A stretch of 64,000 nt of DNA from an uncultured cyanobacterium (GCA_963740315.1 CAVUDP010000002.1:3648001-3712000); one strand, 5' to 3'; counted from the stretch's first letter, positions 20,898 through 32,143 are shown. The notes: generated from the sequence alone by a model not told the origin. Made by a program: numbers and translations.

Positions 20898-22823
20898 GTG
20901 AAAATAAACTGGTTAGTATCTGGTACTACTGCTTTAACTGTACTAATGCTATCGTCGCCTGCTCACGGCGCAAAACTGTCTTCCTGGCGTTATAATGCCA
21001 ATCAAAACCAACTGGAATTTCAAACCGACGGTGCAGTTCAACCCCAAGCACAATTAATTTTTAATCCTACTCGTTTGGTAATTGATTTGCCCGGAACGAC
21101 ATTTGGGCGACCCCAGTTAACCGAACCGATAAGCGACGGAGCTATTCGTTCTCTTCGTGTCGGGCAATTTAACCCACAAACGGCTCGCATAGTTGTCGAA
21201 ATGAATCCCGGCTATACTCTTGACCCCGCTCAAGTAAAATTTATCGGTATAAGCCCCAGCAAGTGGACGGTGCAACTGCCGGACCCAAAAGCTGAAAAAA
21301 ATAATGATAAAGCTACTAGTCCTACTAGAAATATTTACAGTGTAATTAAAACAACACCTAACACTCCACCCCCGCAAACAATAGCTGCTAGCACTTCAAA
21401 TGCAGCAACAAAAGTTGAAGGTTTGCGAGTCACCGGAGACGGATTTTACCTGAGTACTAGTGGTGCTAAACCCAAAATTAAAGATTATAACCGTACTCGC
21501 GATCGCAAAGAAGTTAACATCGATATTTCAGATGCGGCTTTGTCGTCGGGAGTCCAACAAGAGATATCGGTTAACAAGCACGGTGTTAGCCGCATTCGAT
21601 TCAGCCAAATTGATGGTAAATCACCTGCTCTTCGCATGACTTTGCTCTTGGATAAGAACAGTCCCGATTGGCGAGCCTCTTCCAGTGGTAATAATGCTTT
21701 AATAGTTCTACCCAACCGTCTAGCTAGTAGTTTAAATAGAGGTAGTAGTTCTAGTAGTTCTAGTAGTTCTGATTCATCCGTTAGCAGTCAATCAAATTCT
21801 TTTCCCGTTCCACCAGTCTCAGCTGCAAGCAAAGAGGTAGCAACAATTGAATCTGTAGAACTAGCCCCTACAAGTAACCAATTACTAATTAGAGGAAATG
21901 GAAATCTATCTGCGATTGGTGGCTGGGATAGAAAATCTGGTTTGTACCGCATCACGATTAATAATGCAAAATTAGCATCTAAAGTTAAAGGTCCCAAATT
22001 TAACGCTAATAGCCCGGTTTTACGAGTACGTTTACAACAACTTGACGATAATAAAGTTGCTATCTATGTCCAGCCTGCATCTGGAGTGGAAATTGGCGAA
22101 CTCAATCAATTTAGCAACAAGCTTTTATCTTTAGAATTACAACGGGTTCGTCGAGTTACGCCTCCTGTTACATCTGGTAGCTTACCTCCCATATCTCAAC
22201 CGATTCCCAGACCTTCAAACCGTCGTCCAATTATGACTCTTCCGCCAAGTACATCGCGAATACCATCATCGCGAGTTCCGTCTGGTAGAATTTCAGTTAT
22301 TATTGACCCCGGACATGGTGGTAAAGATCCAGGAGCAATCGGTATCGGGGGACTACAAGAAAAAGATGTTATTTTACCTATTAGTATAAGAGTTGCACAA
22401 ATTTTGCAGCAAAACGGAGTGCAAGCTGTACTTACTCGTAATTCCGACTTCTTCGTCAGTCTTCAAGGAAGAGTTGACTTAGCCGAACAAAGAAATGCCG
22501 ATTTATTTGTCAGCATTCACGCTAATTCCGTTGGGTTGAGTCGTCCGGATGTTAGTGGTTTAGAAGTTTACTATTACAGCAGTGGTGCTAATCTCGCCCA
22601 GACTGTTCGTAGCAGCATATTAAGTTCCGTAAATGTTAGAGATAGAGGAGTGCGAAAAGCGAGATTTTACGTACTTAGAAAAAGTTCTATGCCCGCAATT
22701 CTTGTAGAAACGGGTTATGTTACGGGCAGGGAAGATGCAGCAAAATTAGCTTCTCCTCAATACCGAGAGCAAATGGCACAGGGTATTGCTAATGGTATTT
22801 TAAGTTACATTAAAAGAAGATGA
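20898..22823 (+). CDS. amiC2: N-acetylmuramoyl-L-alanine amidase with AMIN domains
   Basis: Paralog of the upstream gene with the same catalytic motifs; directly before murI. Confidence 0.9.
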   Translation: MKINWLVSGTTALTVLMLSSPAHGAKLSSWRYNANQNQLEFQTDGAVQPQAQLIFNPTRLVIDLPGTTFGRPQLTEPISDGAIRSLRVGQFNPQTARIVVEMNPGYTLDPAQVKFIGISPSKWTVQLPDPKAEKNNDKATSPTRNIYSVIKTTPNTPPPQTIAASTSNAATKVEGLRVTGDGFYLSTSGAKPKIKDYNRTRDRKEVNIDISDAALSSGVQQEISVNKHGVSRIRFSQIDGKSPALRMTLLLDKNSPDWRASSSGNNALIVLPNRLASSLNRGSSSSSSSSSDSSVSSQSNSFPVPPVSAASKEVATIESVELAPTSNQLLIRGNGNLSAIGGWDRKSGLYRITINNAKLASKVKGPKFNANSPVLRVRLQQLDDNKVAIYVQPASGVEIGELNQFSNKLLSLELQRVRRVTPPVTSGSLPPISQPIPRPSNRRPIMTLPPSTSRIPSSRVPSGRISVIIDPGHGGKDPGAIGIGGLQEKDVILPISIRVAQILQQNGVQAVLTRNSDFFVSLQGRVDLAEQRNADLFVSIHANSVGLSRPDVSGLEVYYYSSGANLAQTVRSSILSSVNVRDRGVRKARFYVLRKSSMPAILVETGYVTGREDAAKLASPQYREQMAQGIANGILSYIKRR

Positions 22824-23193
22824 ATTTTAGTTTTAAGCTTAAAGAAACAGCTAATTGATTTATCAAAATTAAATAATAGCAATAGCTTTCTCATCGTATA
22901 TTTACTTGGAGATGGCTATTTTTTCGTAAATTTGTAGAAAGTAAAAAAATTCTGATTCTTAATTTTCTCAAATTTAATCGGCATACCAGTACGATAAATG
23001 TATTTTTTTAACTTTTAAAATGTCTTATGTACTTAATGGTATCAGGGCGTACCTACGTTTAAGCAAAAAATATAGTAAAAATTTCAGAAGCGAGATTAGG
23101 ATGTAAAATTCTCTTTCATATCGGATTTAGCAGTTTAAACGTTGAAGCTTTTTCTAAATCCACCGTCCAAAATTCAAATTATATTATCAAAAT

Positions 23194-24090
23194 TTGCCTG
23201 TGTTTTCATCTTCTATCTTTGAAGGCAATCTTTACCTATCATCTCAAGAACCCCAACGTGCCCCTATAGGCATCTTTGATAGTGGTGTGGGTGGTTTAAC
23301 GGTACTGCGCCAACTTTACGAACAACTTCCCAACGAATCAATCATTTACTTTGGCGATACAGCTAGATTACCTTACGGCATTCGTTCCCAAGCTGAAATT
23401 ATTCAGTTTACCCGTGAAATTATTTTCTGGATGGAAAATCAAGGGGTAAAAATGGTAATTATGGCTTGCAGCACCAGTTCTGCTTTAGCATTAGAAACTG
23501 TACGTTCCGAATTTAAAGTACCTATACTTGGACTTATTCTACCAGGCGCGGTTAGTGCAGTAAAAGCCGGAAAGCGTATCGGCGTAATTGCTACCCCAGC
23601 AACAGCCAAAAGCAACGCCTACAAACTTGCTATCCAAGAAATTAACAGCAATGCCAAAGTCTGGCAAGTTGGGTGTCCCGAGTTTGTTCCTCTTATCGAA
23701 CAAAACCGCACCGACGATCCATACACCAAAGAAGTAGCACGTTCTTACCTCGAACCTTTATTAAAACAAGAAATTGATACTTTAGTCTACGGCTGTACTC
23801 ATTATCCTCACCTGGCAACATTATTGCGATCGCTGGTTGGTGAATCGGTAGTTTTAGTAGACCCAGGAAAAAGTGTTGTTGAAGCTTGTGCCCAAGAGTT
23901 GGATTTACTAAATTTAAAAAATACTCACCCACCGTTACCAACTCGGTTTGCCGTGAGCGGAAGTCCGCAACAATTTGAAATGTCTTCAGTACAATGGCTG
24001 GGCTGTACTCCAAAAGTTGAATTGGTAAACTTGGAGCATCTAAATTTTAACCATTTGAAGCTCGATCGTGGTGGCATAATTAGCTATTAA
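23194..24090 (+). CDS. murI: Glutamate racemase
   Basis: FDSGVGGLTV, DTARLPYG, ACSTSS, GCTHYP. Confidence 0.97.
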   Translation: MPVFSSSIFEGNLYLSSQEPQRAPIGIFDSGVGGLTVLRQLYEQLPNESIIYFGDTARLPYGIRSQAEIIQFTREIIFWMENQGVKMVIMACSTSSALALETVRSEFKVPILGLILPGAVSAVKAGKRIGVIATPATAKSNAYKLAIQEINSNAKVWQVGCPEFVPLIEQNRTDDPYTKEVARSYLEPLLKQEIDTLVYGCTHYPHLATLLRSLVGESVVLVDPGKSVVEACAQELDLLNLKNTHPPLPTRFAVSGSPQQFEMSSVQWLGCTPKVELVNLEHLNFNHLKLDRGGIISY

Positions 24091-24222
24091 ATACAAACCT
24101 AACCGCACTACTCCCCTTCCCTATGAAGGAATGAGGAAAATTAAGCCTCTTTCCGCTTGGGTTAAGTTTTGTATACAGTTGATTTTCATTTCCAAAAAGG
24201 TTTAATAGAGGCAATAATTAAA

Positions 24223-24268
24223 TGCAATACAATACAGCACACCATATATATGATGTGCTGTATTGCAA
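24223..24268. terminator. Stem-loop between murI and the convergent small ORF
   Basis: caatacagcac...gtgctgtattg inverted repeat. Confidence 0.55.
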
Positions 24269-24342
24269 AAAACATTCCGATCTGTTCTATAGTCTTAAAT
24301 ATCACTTTCACAAACCCTTAAAGGGCGCGGCGCAGGCTTTAC

Positions 24343-24504
24343 TCACTCAGCGATGTTTATAGACATCTCAGAAGAATAATCTCCTTCACCATACCGTTGA
24401 ACTGCTGTTACCGCAGTTTTTTTAATTGTTCTTTTTGCTAGCGCTAATAGCACGTATACGGCGAACAAATAACCAGAAGCTAAAATAAATACCATCATAA
24501 GCAT
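24343..24504 (-). CDS. Small single-TM membrane protein
   Basis: MLMMVFILASGYLFAVYVLLALAKR hydrophobic helix followed by a basic stop-transfer segment. Confidence 0.5.
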   Translation of the reverse strand: MLMMVFILASGYLFAVYVLLALAKRTIKKTAVTAVQRYGEGDYSSEMSINIAE

Positions 24505-25608
24505 ACTTCCCCGGACAAGTTTTATCTTCAATCACATTCAAATTTGTATAGCGAAGAATAAATCGCATACAAATGTCAAAATATAAGCTACATAGCTTTT
24601 TGCTACAGCTTTTTCGTAATCCAAAAATTACGGCAGAGTATTAATACTCTGCAACGTATCTATACGTAATTAGTTTTTACAGACTATGCCAATAACAATA
24701 AACAAATTGCTACCATGCAATCTACCTAGCCTGCGTTCCAACTGCGTTATGCAGTGCTTCCTTCTATACAGAAGCTAAACCTTGGGTACCCTAAAATGGT
24801 TCCTCAAGATATGCCAATATATTCCTTTTGGACAGCACGTAGCTATGATTAGGGAAACTTATTCGTTCGTGAACTACGAACATAAATAATTCCCTTGGTT
24901 TCACCTACGACTTATTTCAACCCACTTGCGTCAGTAAAGCATAAACGCGAATAAAAGCGACTTACTTTTTCTGAGTGAATATTCTAAGTATTTGAAATCC
25001 CTATATATAAGAATAACATAGGAATTCTTACTTTTGAGGTATTTTGTTGTTTAATCTCAAATTTCTAAGATATTATTATTGATTTACTTATTCTCCCCGT
25101 ACCTCGATAGTGTAAGGCGGTGATATATAAAGAATCAGCACAGTTTTAGCTCTGTTCTCAAAGATACCTGGAGCTATATAGTAAAATATTAAATTTTTGT
25201 TAATAAGAGCTATTATCTGTAATATTCATCAAAATCTAAATATTTTCATCGTATGAAATGAATAGTATATGCTCGTAACTACACTTAGTTATAGCTAGTA
25301 TAATTTTTTATTTATTTTTCTCAGTAAATATTCTCGAGAGTTCCCGATTGTAGATTAATAAATATGAAGCGAACTATGTAACAAAGTATTAAGCGATCGA
25401 AATTCCTGTTGGAGCAAAATATACATCTGGCGGGCATTCGATATGAATTTAATTTTGAATTAAAGATATATAGTTACATATCAAGCGGACGATCGGCTTT
25501 ATATGAATCAGAACATTTATAGAATGCTTTGAGAAAAGGCACGGGCTTATCTTAGAATGGGTATAGGATATGTAAACTTTCGTAACTAAAGTCAGAGTCC
25601 GCCCATTC

Positions 25609-26580
25609 ATGACCTCAGCCACCTCCTTGTTTTCCCCTGTGGAAGCAGACCTGCATATATTGGCAGATAACCTCAAACAGTTAGTTGGAAATGACCACCC
25701 CATCCTCAGTCTAGCCGCAGAACATCTCTTCGGAGCTGGGGGAAAGCGTATTAGACCTGCAATAGTCTTACTTGTATCGCGAGCAACATTATTGCAGTCG
25801 GATATTACACCCCGTCATCGACGATTAGCTGAAATTACAGAAATGATTCACACTGCTTCTTTAGTGCATGATGATGTAGTGGATGAATCAGAAAAAAGAC
25901 GCGGCGTTGATACAGTTCATAGTTTATTCGGCAATCGAATAGCAATATTAGCCGGAGATTTTTTGTTTGCTCAAGCTTCTTGGTATTTAGCCAATTTAGA
26001 TAATTTGGATGTAGTGAAATTGCTTTCACAGGTAATTATGGACTTGGCTACTGGGGAGATTCAGCAAGCAGTGAATCGTTTTGATGTTGATATTTCGATG
26101 GATACTTATCTGCAAAAAACTTACTATAAAACCGCTACATTGTTTGCTAACAGTTCTAAAGCTGCTGGAATACTCAGCGAAGTTTCTGAGGAGACAGCCG
26201 AAAATTTGTATGAATATGGGCGTAATTTGGGATTAGCCTTCCAAATAGTTGATGATATTTTTGATTTCACCAGTTCTACAGATAAATTAGGTAAACCTGC
26301 TGGTTCGGATCTTAAAAGTGGGAATCTGACAGCGCCAGTTTTATATGCTTTAGAAGAAAAACCAAATCTTGAAGCTTTAATTGAAAGAGAATTTACACAG
26401 GCTGGAGATTTAGAGCAAGCACTTGCACTAATAGAAGATAGTAAAGGAATTCAACGTTCCCGCGATTTAGCCGCAAATCATGCAAAACTGGCAGTAGAGC
26501 ATATGGGACAATTACCATCTTCTCCAACTCGCCAAGCTTTGATTGATATGGCTGATTATGTGCTGAGTCGTCTTAATTAA
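25609..26580 (+). CDS. sds: Solanesyl diphosphate synthase
   Basis: GGKRIRP, HDDVVD, FQIVDDIFD trans-prenyltransferase motifs. Confidence 0.93.
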   Translation: MTSATSLFSPVEADLHILADNLKQLVGNDHPILSLAAEHLFGAGGKRIRPAIVLLVSRATLLQSDITPRHRRLAEITEMIHTASLVHDDVVDESEKRRGVDTVHSLFGNRIAILAGDFLFAQASWYLANLDNLDVVKLLSQVIMDLATGEIQQAVNRFDVDISMDTYLQKTYYKTATLFANSSKAAGILSEVSEETAENLYEYGRNLGLAFQIVDDIFDFTSSTDKLGKPAGSDLKSGNLTAPVLYALEEKPNLEALIEREFTQAGDLEQALALIEDSKGIQRSRDLAANHAKLAVEHMGQLPSSPTRQALIDMADYVLSRLN

Positions 26581-26721
26581 AAGTTTGCGGCACGATCGAA
26601 AAATAGTTATCAGTTATTGATTTGTAATAAATCCTTAACTTATAACTTCTACCTAAAAGCATATTTTTGCAATATAAATAGGTATATGTTTTAACTCTAT
26701 AGCGCGTAACCTCTAAATTAT

Positions 26722-27195
26722 TTAAGCGATATCCGGAGGAATATTAGGGCTGGAACGATTTTGTTGTAACGTCCGTTCAATAATACTTTGTAAGAGCTTT
26801 CGCTCAATTTCAACTGCGTTAACTGTAGTGCCAGGAGTTTCAAAAAAAATTATACTATCTACGGGTTCTAGCGCTACCATCTGGAACAAAATTTCAATAA
26901 CTCCGATTGGTGCAGCTATCATTTGAGGGTCAAACCCAACACCAGAGGTAGTACTGACATCTTGTAACGTGGGGTAAGCGATTATTACCTGTTTTTCTAA
27001 TTGCGGATTAGTACGATTGCTCAATGTTGTTAGAACCCAGTCATGCTCGGAGTTTTGGAGTATGTAGTATTGGGGGAAACGTAATTTTTGAGCAATTTGA
27101 GTAAGTGCCGGAGCAATTGCCGCAACCAGTTGAGGTGTAATACCATCTTGGGGTGCATTGTTAATCAAAGATTGAATTTGTACTTGTAAATCCAT
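26722..27195 (-). CDS. Conserved hypothetical protein divergent from hetZ
   Basis: 157-aa ORF at the position expected next to hetZ. Confidence 0.8.
   Translation of the reverse strand: MDLQVQIQSLINNAPQDGITPQLVAAIAPALTQIAQKLRFPQYYILQNSEHDWVLTTLSNRTNPQLEKQVIIAYPTLQDVSTTSGVGFDPQMIAAPIGVIEILFQMVALEPVDSIIFFETPGTTVNAVEIERKLLQSIIERTLQQNRSSPNIPPDIA
26921..26941 (+). promoter_or_regulatory. HetR-binding site of the hetZ promoter, inside the divergent ORF
   Basis: ATTTGAGGGTCAAACCCAACA contains GGG-N5-CCC about 480 bp upstream of hetZ and resembles the described GGGTCTAgCCCagCA hetZ site. Confidence 0.7.
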
Positions 27196-27410
27196 AATTA
27201 AGAGTTAATAGTTCGTGGGCATTAGCTATAACTTCTATGAAAAGCGAAAAAACTTCCCTTGATTTGGGAATAATATATTCAGTCCAATTAATGGCGGTAG
27301 GATAATCGGTGCTTATGATTGCGTTTCAAGGCAATCAACAACCAACCGATATCCCCACAAAACATAGGTTGCACACGTTTGTATGTTAAGGTCTTTTAAA
27401 CAGCTAGACT

Positions 27411-28601
27411 ATGAAATCAGCCGCGACCACAACTATTCAGGGAGAAAAGTCTATCGGCGTGGAGGCGATATTTCAACTCCTATTTGGAGAACTTAAATCC
27501 TCAACCAAAGCTTCGGAGTCTAATTGCCATGAAGTGGCAACACGAATCGCTGCCGAAGTCCTCCGGATTTGCCATGAGAGCAAACGTATCCAAGCTTCTG
27601 GGGACATCAAAGGTTCGGCGATCGCCTTAGCCCGACACCGGCTATCTCAGTGTATGAGATACTACCAATTTGGTTCAAATCGAGGCAGGATAGAGCTACA
27701 CAGCACTCTCAGCGCAATTATTTATCGTTACATTAATCCGCCAAATAAACAACTGAGTTATCAAGGGCGGTTAGGTGTAATTGAGGATTTTCTGCAAAAT
27801 TTTTATTTGGAAGCATTAAACGCTTGCCGAAGAGAAAATAAGCTTGAACCAACTTATCGTCCCCAAACTCTTCTGGAATTAGCAGAGTACATGGCGTTTA
27901 CAGAACGCTATGCTAAAAGACGCATTCCTTTACCAGGACGACAGCAGCAGCTGATTATCCTGCGGGCACAAACTTTTTCTCAACAGCAACCTCCAGAAAC
28001 TTGCGTTGATATAGAAAGAGCCGCAGAAGGTAGCAGCAACGATGGTGATGGTTCTTGGCAAGATCCAGCCGTACAGCAGTTAAGATCGGCAATGGCATCT
28101 CAAAGTGAACCGGAACCAACAGAGGAAACGTTGCGTTCTGTAGTCATTAACGAGTTAATAAGTTATCTTGAGGAACGCCAACAAGGAGACTGCGCCGATT
28201 ACTTTGCCCTACGCCTAAAAGATTTATCGGCTCAAGAAATTGAGTCAATTTTAGGTTTAACTCCCCGTCAAAGAGATTACTTGCAGCAACGTTTCAAATA
28301 TCATCTGATTCGATTCGCCTTGCTGCACCGCTGGGAATTGGTTCATGAATGGTTAGAAGCCGACTTGCACACCAATTTAGGTTTGACGGAATACCAATGG
28401 CAAGTTTATATAGAACAACTTGACGACAAACAACGTTGTTTATTAGAACTAAAACAACTTGGTCAAGCTGATGTTTATATTGCCAAAACTTTAGGGCTAT
28501 CTATGGCGCAACTGCAAAAAAGGTGGTTCAAAATTCTCGAACAAGCTTGGGAAATTCGTAACTCTTTTATGTCCGGATCAAGTGCATCTACTCATGAATA
28601 G
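27411..28601 (+). CDS. hetZ: Heterocyst differentiation protein HetZ
   Basis: ELHSTLSAIIYRYI, IEDFLQNFY, ELAEYMAFTERYAKR, LGLTPRQRDYLQQRFKYH; synteny sds-hetZ-patU. Confidence 0.9.
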   Translation: MKSAATTTIQGEKSIGVEAIFQLLFGELKSSTKASESNCHEVATRIAAEVLRICHESKRIQASGDIKGSAIALARHRLSQCMRYYQFGSNRGRIELHSTLSAIIYRYINPPNKQLSYQGRLGVIEDFLQNFYLEALNACRRENKLEPTYRPQTLLELAEYMAFTERYAKRRIPLPGRQQQLIILRAQTFSQQQPPETCVDIERAAEGSSNDGDGSWQDPAVQQLRSAMASQSEPEPTEETLRSVVINELISYLEERQQGDCADYFALRLKDLSAQEIESILGLTPRQRDYLQQRFKYHLIRFALLHRWELVHEWLEADLHTNLGLTEYQWQVYIEQLDDKQRCLLELKQLGQADVYIAKTLGLSMAQLQKRWFKILEQAWEIRNSFMSGSSASTHE

Positions 28602-29574
28602 TGACACAGAATCCTTACAAAACCAATTACTCGCTTGGTTGCTAGCAGATGATGCTTCAACCGAGGAGGATTTTTTGGTCGAAAGTGAGGAAATTAACGG
28701 GGCACAAATGGACGATAACACCGCTTCCACAAGCGGTGCTTCTGAGTCGGATTTGATGCCCTATCCTTTCCAAATGGGAGAAATTCCTGCTGTGCAAACA
28801 CGTTTTCAAGCCGTTCTTAAACGTCGGTTACAAAATCAAGTTCAAGATAATCCTCCGTTGTTCCCTTGGGAGACACAACTAATAGATTATCCCGATTATA
28901 TTGACAATCAATCTATGTCTTGGGTTCCTGCCTGGGGATGGGCGGCACAACAGTCTAAACTGAGTTTGCCAATTCTGATGCCGGAGAAAGTGTTTCAGCA
29001 ATTGTTAACAAGATGTCAAGAATTGCTCGCTTTTCCCGTGCCATTGGGAGCAAAACTTGTTGGGGTGGTGGAGAGTTTATTCCCTAACGAACCGCAGACA
29101 CTTAATGACTTAGCCTCTATGGTGTTAAGAAGTCCATATCGTTCTGCGGATACTTTAGAAAGAATGCCTTCTGTAGAAGGCAGCTACTCAGATTTGCAAC
29201 CGCGTCAACAAATGGCATTATCATTGTTGGCTGCGAAACAGTTGCTAGAAAATCTGACTGTATCTGTTGATGCCCATATGGTAGTCGAAAAGCAGTGGCT
29301 AACCAATGTAGGTAACGTAACTTTAAAAGTAGAATACGATACTGAGGCACGGAAGCTGCGGGTTGAAGCTCAATTACCTCTCCCAGGGAAGTTAAAACTT
29401 GGTGAAGAAAATCAGCAAGTAGTTGCAGAATCGGATAGTCAGGGAATTGTAAGTTTAGAGCTAAACTCAATTCAAGAAGGGGCAACTTATAAATTGGCAG
29501 TTGAGTTAGAAGATATGGATACTCAACCGCTGACATTTGCGATCGTTCCGACAAATTCTTCCCAAAGAGCCTAA
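28582..29574 (+). CDS. patU: Heterocyst pattern protein PatU (single ORF; probable ATG at ~28594)
   Basis: Overlaps the hetZ end; VQTRFQAVLKRRL, PPLFPWE motifs. Confidence 0.85.
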   Translation: MHLLMNSDTESLQNQLLAWLLADDASTEEDFLVESEEINGAQMDDNTASTSGASESDLMPYPFQMGEIPAVQTRFQAVLKRRLQNQVQDNPPLFPWETQLIDYPDYIDNQSMSWVPAWGWAAQQSKLSLPILMPEKVFQQLLTRCQELLAFPVPLGAKLVGVVESLFPNEPQTLNDLASMVLRSPYRSADTLERMPSVEGSYSDLQPRQQMALSLLAAKQLLENLTVSVDAHMVVEKQWLTNVGNVTLKVEYDTEARKLRVEAQLPLPGKLKLGEENQQVVAESDSQGIVSLELNSIQEGATYKLAVELEDMDTQPLTFAIVPTNSSQRA

Positions 29575-29821
29575 GCTATGGCTTTTAGGAGCCGCCAGCG
29601 GTTGGGTACCGTTAATAGGTTTTTATCGGTTGATATTCATGAACGAATAATAATATTCATGTTTAGGGGTAGTAGTGATGAACCTTAATTCAATAAGCAG
29701 ATAGCCCCCAGCGTCTACAGTTGCTCAAATAAATACGCCAAAATTCATAGGAATTGTTTTCCCATGAGTTAAAGTGGCGGTGCGTGCAAATAAAAGATGA
29801 TTTGAGCGGGGTAATTAAAGA

Positions 29822-32143
29822 TTGAAATTTTTAGGGATGAATAGGTTCAGTGAGCGTCTACATATAGGGTACTGGCGGCAAAAAATTCACAATTCGCCGC
29901 CGATAGAAGTAGAAGATTCAATTACTTTAAGGGTGCTAGTTAGTGCTTTAGTAATCGTAGGAATTGTGGCGACGGATATAGCCGCAGAGACAAGCCAAAG
30001 TTTTTGGGCGGTTCCTTTAAGTTTGGCGGGCGGAATTTGGAGCTATTACCGTCGTCGCAAACCCAATATAGGGGTAAAGTTCTGTATCGCCATTGGAATG
30101 TTATTAGCATTAGGTGCTTTTTTCGGGCGGTTGCTCGGAGAATTGAATGATACAAGGCTTTTGCTTGCAGAATTACTGATTCAACTTCAGGTGCTGCATA
30201 GTTTGGATATGCCTCGTCGTAAAGATTTAGGGTATTCGATTGTAATCGGATTAATTTTACTAGGTGTAGCCGCAACACTGAGTCAAACTTTAGCTTTTGC
30301 ACCAGTGTTGCTGCTCTTTTTAGCTATTGCCTTACCTACTTTAGTATTAGACTATCGTTCGCGATTGGGTTTAGAGCCGTTTACGGTTACAACAAAATCA
30401 AATAATAAAAAAAATAAGGTTTTTAATTTAAAATTCTTAATTGTTAATTTTTTGGTCGTAATAAGTCTGGGATTAGCAATTTTCGCTGTTTTACCGAGAG
30501 TTCCCGGTTATGGCTTGCGGACATTTCCGGTTAGTTCGCCTATTGACGTAAAAGGCGATTTTAGCGGACGAAAAATTGTTAATCCCGGTTATGTACGTTC
30601 TGGTAATAATAACGGTCAAAGTGGTAGCAATGGCGACGGAACTTCTAAAACAGGAACTGGCGATCGCCCCTTAGTAGACGATAGCTTTTATTACGGATTC
30701 AATACCAAAATTAACCAGAATTTACGCGGAGAGATGAAACCCAAAGTAGTGATGCGGGTACGTTCTCAAGCACAAGGTTTCTGGCGGGTTTTGGCATTCG
30801 ATCGTTACACGGGTAACGGATGGGAAATTTCTCGCAACGACAAAGTTAAGCGGCTCAAACGATCGCCTTTTTCCTATCAAACTTTTCTTGAGCGACCTTT
30901 GATTATTGGTAAAACCAAAGAAATAGTACAAACTTACACCGTAGTGGCGGAATTACCTAACTTAATTCCAGCAATGTCATATCCGAAAGAAATTTATTTT
31001 CCGACACCGATAATAGCCGTCGATACAGAAGGTGGCTTGCGATCGCCAGTTGGTTTATCTAAAGGTTTAACTTATACGGTACTTTCTGAAGTTCCCTATC
31101 GCGATCGCACTTTATTAGCAAAAACTACAAATAAGTACCCGGATAGCATAACAAACTATTACTTGCAGGTACCTCCCCAAATCGCTGACAAAGTAAAGCA
31201 GCTTACCCAAGAAATTCTCGCTGGCTACAATCGTCAACGGGTAGGTAAAACCCAGAAAAATCTTTCATCACCTTATGAAAAAGCTTTATACATAGCTCAA
31301 TATCTCAAACAAAACTACACGGTACCGCAAAATCCTTTTGAAGCACCATTGTTAGATGAGAAAGAAGACTTGGTAGAAGCTTTCTTGTTTAAAAACAAAG
31401 GAGGGCTACCCGATCAGTTTTCTACGGTATTAACGGTAATGTTGCGTTCTATCGGTATTCCAGCGCGGTTGGTAGCGGGGTTTGCTCCCGGAGATTTTAA
31501 TCCATTTACAGGGATGTACGTAGTCCGTAACACCGACGCTTACGCAATGACGGAAGTTTACTTCCCGAAATATGGCTGGTTTGCTTTCGATCCTATACCC
31601 AATCATCCTTTAATCCCTCCCTCAATAGAAGAAATTCAAACTTTTTCCGTCTTAAAACAATTTTGGAATTGGATTGCAGGTTGGCTACCCTCTCCAGTAA
31701 CGGGATTTCTCAACGGTATATTTGGAAAAATATTTAGCGCTATTTTAAGATTTATATCGTGGTTTTTCTCTTTATTCTCACAGGGTATTTTCGGAATATT
31801 GAGCGGATTAACCTTATTAACAGCAATTTCCTTATTCGGTTGGCTGGGCTGGGATAAATGGCGAAAATGGCGAAAATGGCAATTTTTAGGTAAATTGCAG
31901 CCGATGGAAAGACTTTATCGACAAATGCTTGAGTGGACTAATGAAAAAGGCTTAACTAAACATCCGGCGCAAACACCTTTAGAATATGCTCGGGTTTCTC
32001 AGGGGCATTATTCACCAAAAACTGTTGAAGTAATAGAAGAAATTTCTCAGGCTTATGTTACCTGGCGTTATGGGGGTAACAACCCAAATTTAAGCAGTCT
32101 CCGTCAAAAATGGCAGGATATAAGAAATACTTCAAAAAATTAA
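29822..32143 (+). CDS. Membrane transglutaminase-like protein (DUF3488/TgpA-like, DUF4129)
   Basis: Multi-TM N-terminus, FWRVLAFDRYTG, LRSIGIPARLVAGF, WFAFDP, QTPLEYA. Confidence 0.88.
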   Translation: MKFLGMNRFSERLHIGYWRQKIHNSPPIEVEDSITLRVLVSALVIVGIVATDIAAETSQSFWAVPLSLAGGIWSYYRRRKPNIGVKFCIAIGMLLALGAFFGRLLGELNDTRLLLAELLIQLQVLHSLDMPRRKDLGYSIVIGLILLGVAATLSQTLAFAPVLLLFLAIALPTLVLDYRSRLGLEPFTVTTKSNNKKNKVFNLKFLIVNFLVVISLGLAIFAVLPRVPGYGLRTFPVSSPIDVKGDFSGRKIVNPGYVRSGNNNGQSGSNGDGTSKTGTGDRPLVDDSFYYGFNTKINQNLRGEMKPKVVMRVRSQAQGFWRVLAFDRYTGNGWEISRNDKVKRLKRSPFSYQTFLERPLIIGKTKEIVQTYTVVAELPNLIPAMSYPKEIYFPTPIIAVDTEGGLRSPVGLSKGLTYTVLSEVPYRDRTLLAKTTNKYPDSITNYYLQVPPQIADKVKQLTQEILAGYNRQRVGKTQKNLSSPYEKALYIAQYLKQNYTVPQNPFEAPLLDEKEDLVEAFLFKNKGGLPDQFSTVLTVMLRSIGIPARLVAGFAPGDFNPFTGMYVVRNTDAYAMTEVYFPKYGWFAFDPIPNHPLIPPSIEEIQTFSVLKQFWNWIAGWLPSPVTGFLNGIFGKIFSAILRFISWFFSLFSQGIFGILSGLTLLTAISLFGWLGWDKWRKWRKWQFLGKLQPMERLYRQMLEWTNEKGLTKHPAQTPLEYARVSQGHYSPKTVEVIEEISQAYVTWRYGGNNPNLSSLRQKWQDIRNTSKN

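Noticed and set aside
21742..21771. Poly-Ser 9-bp repeat in amiC2 (and a 12-bp repeat in amiC1)
   Set aside because: Ordinary low-complexity linker expansion.
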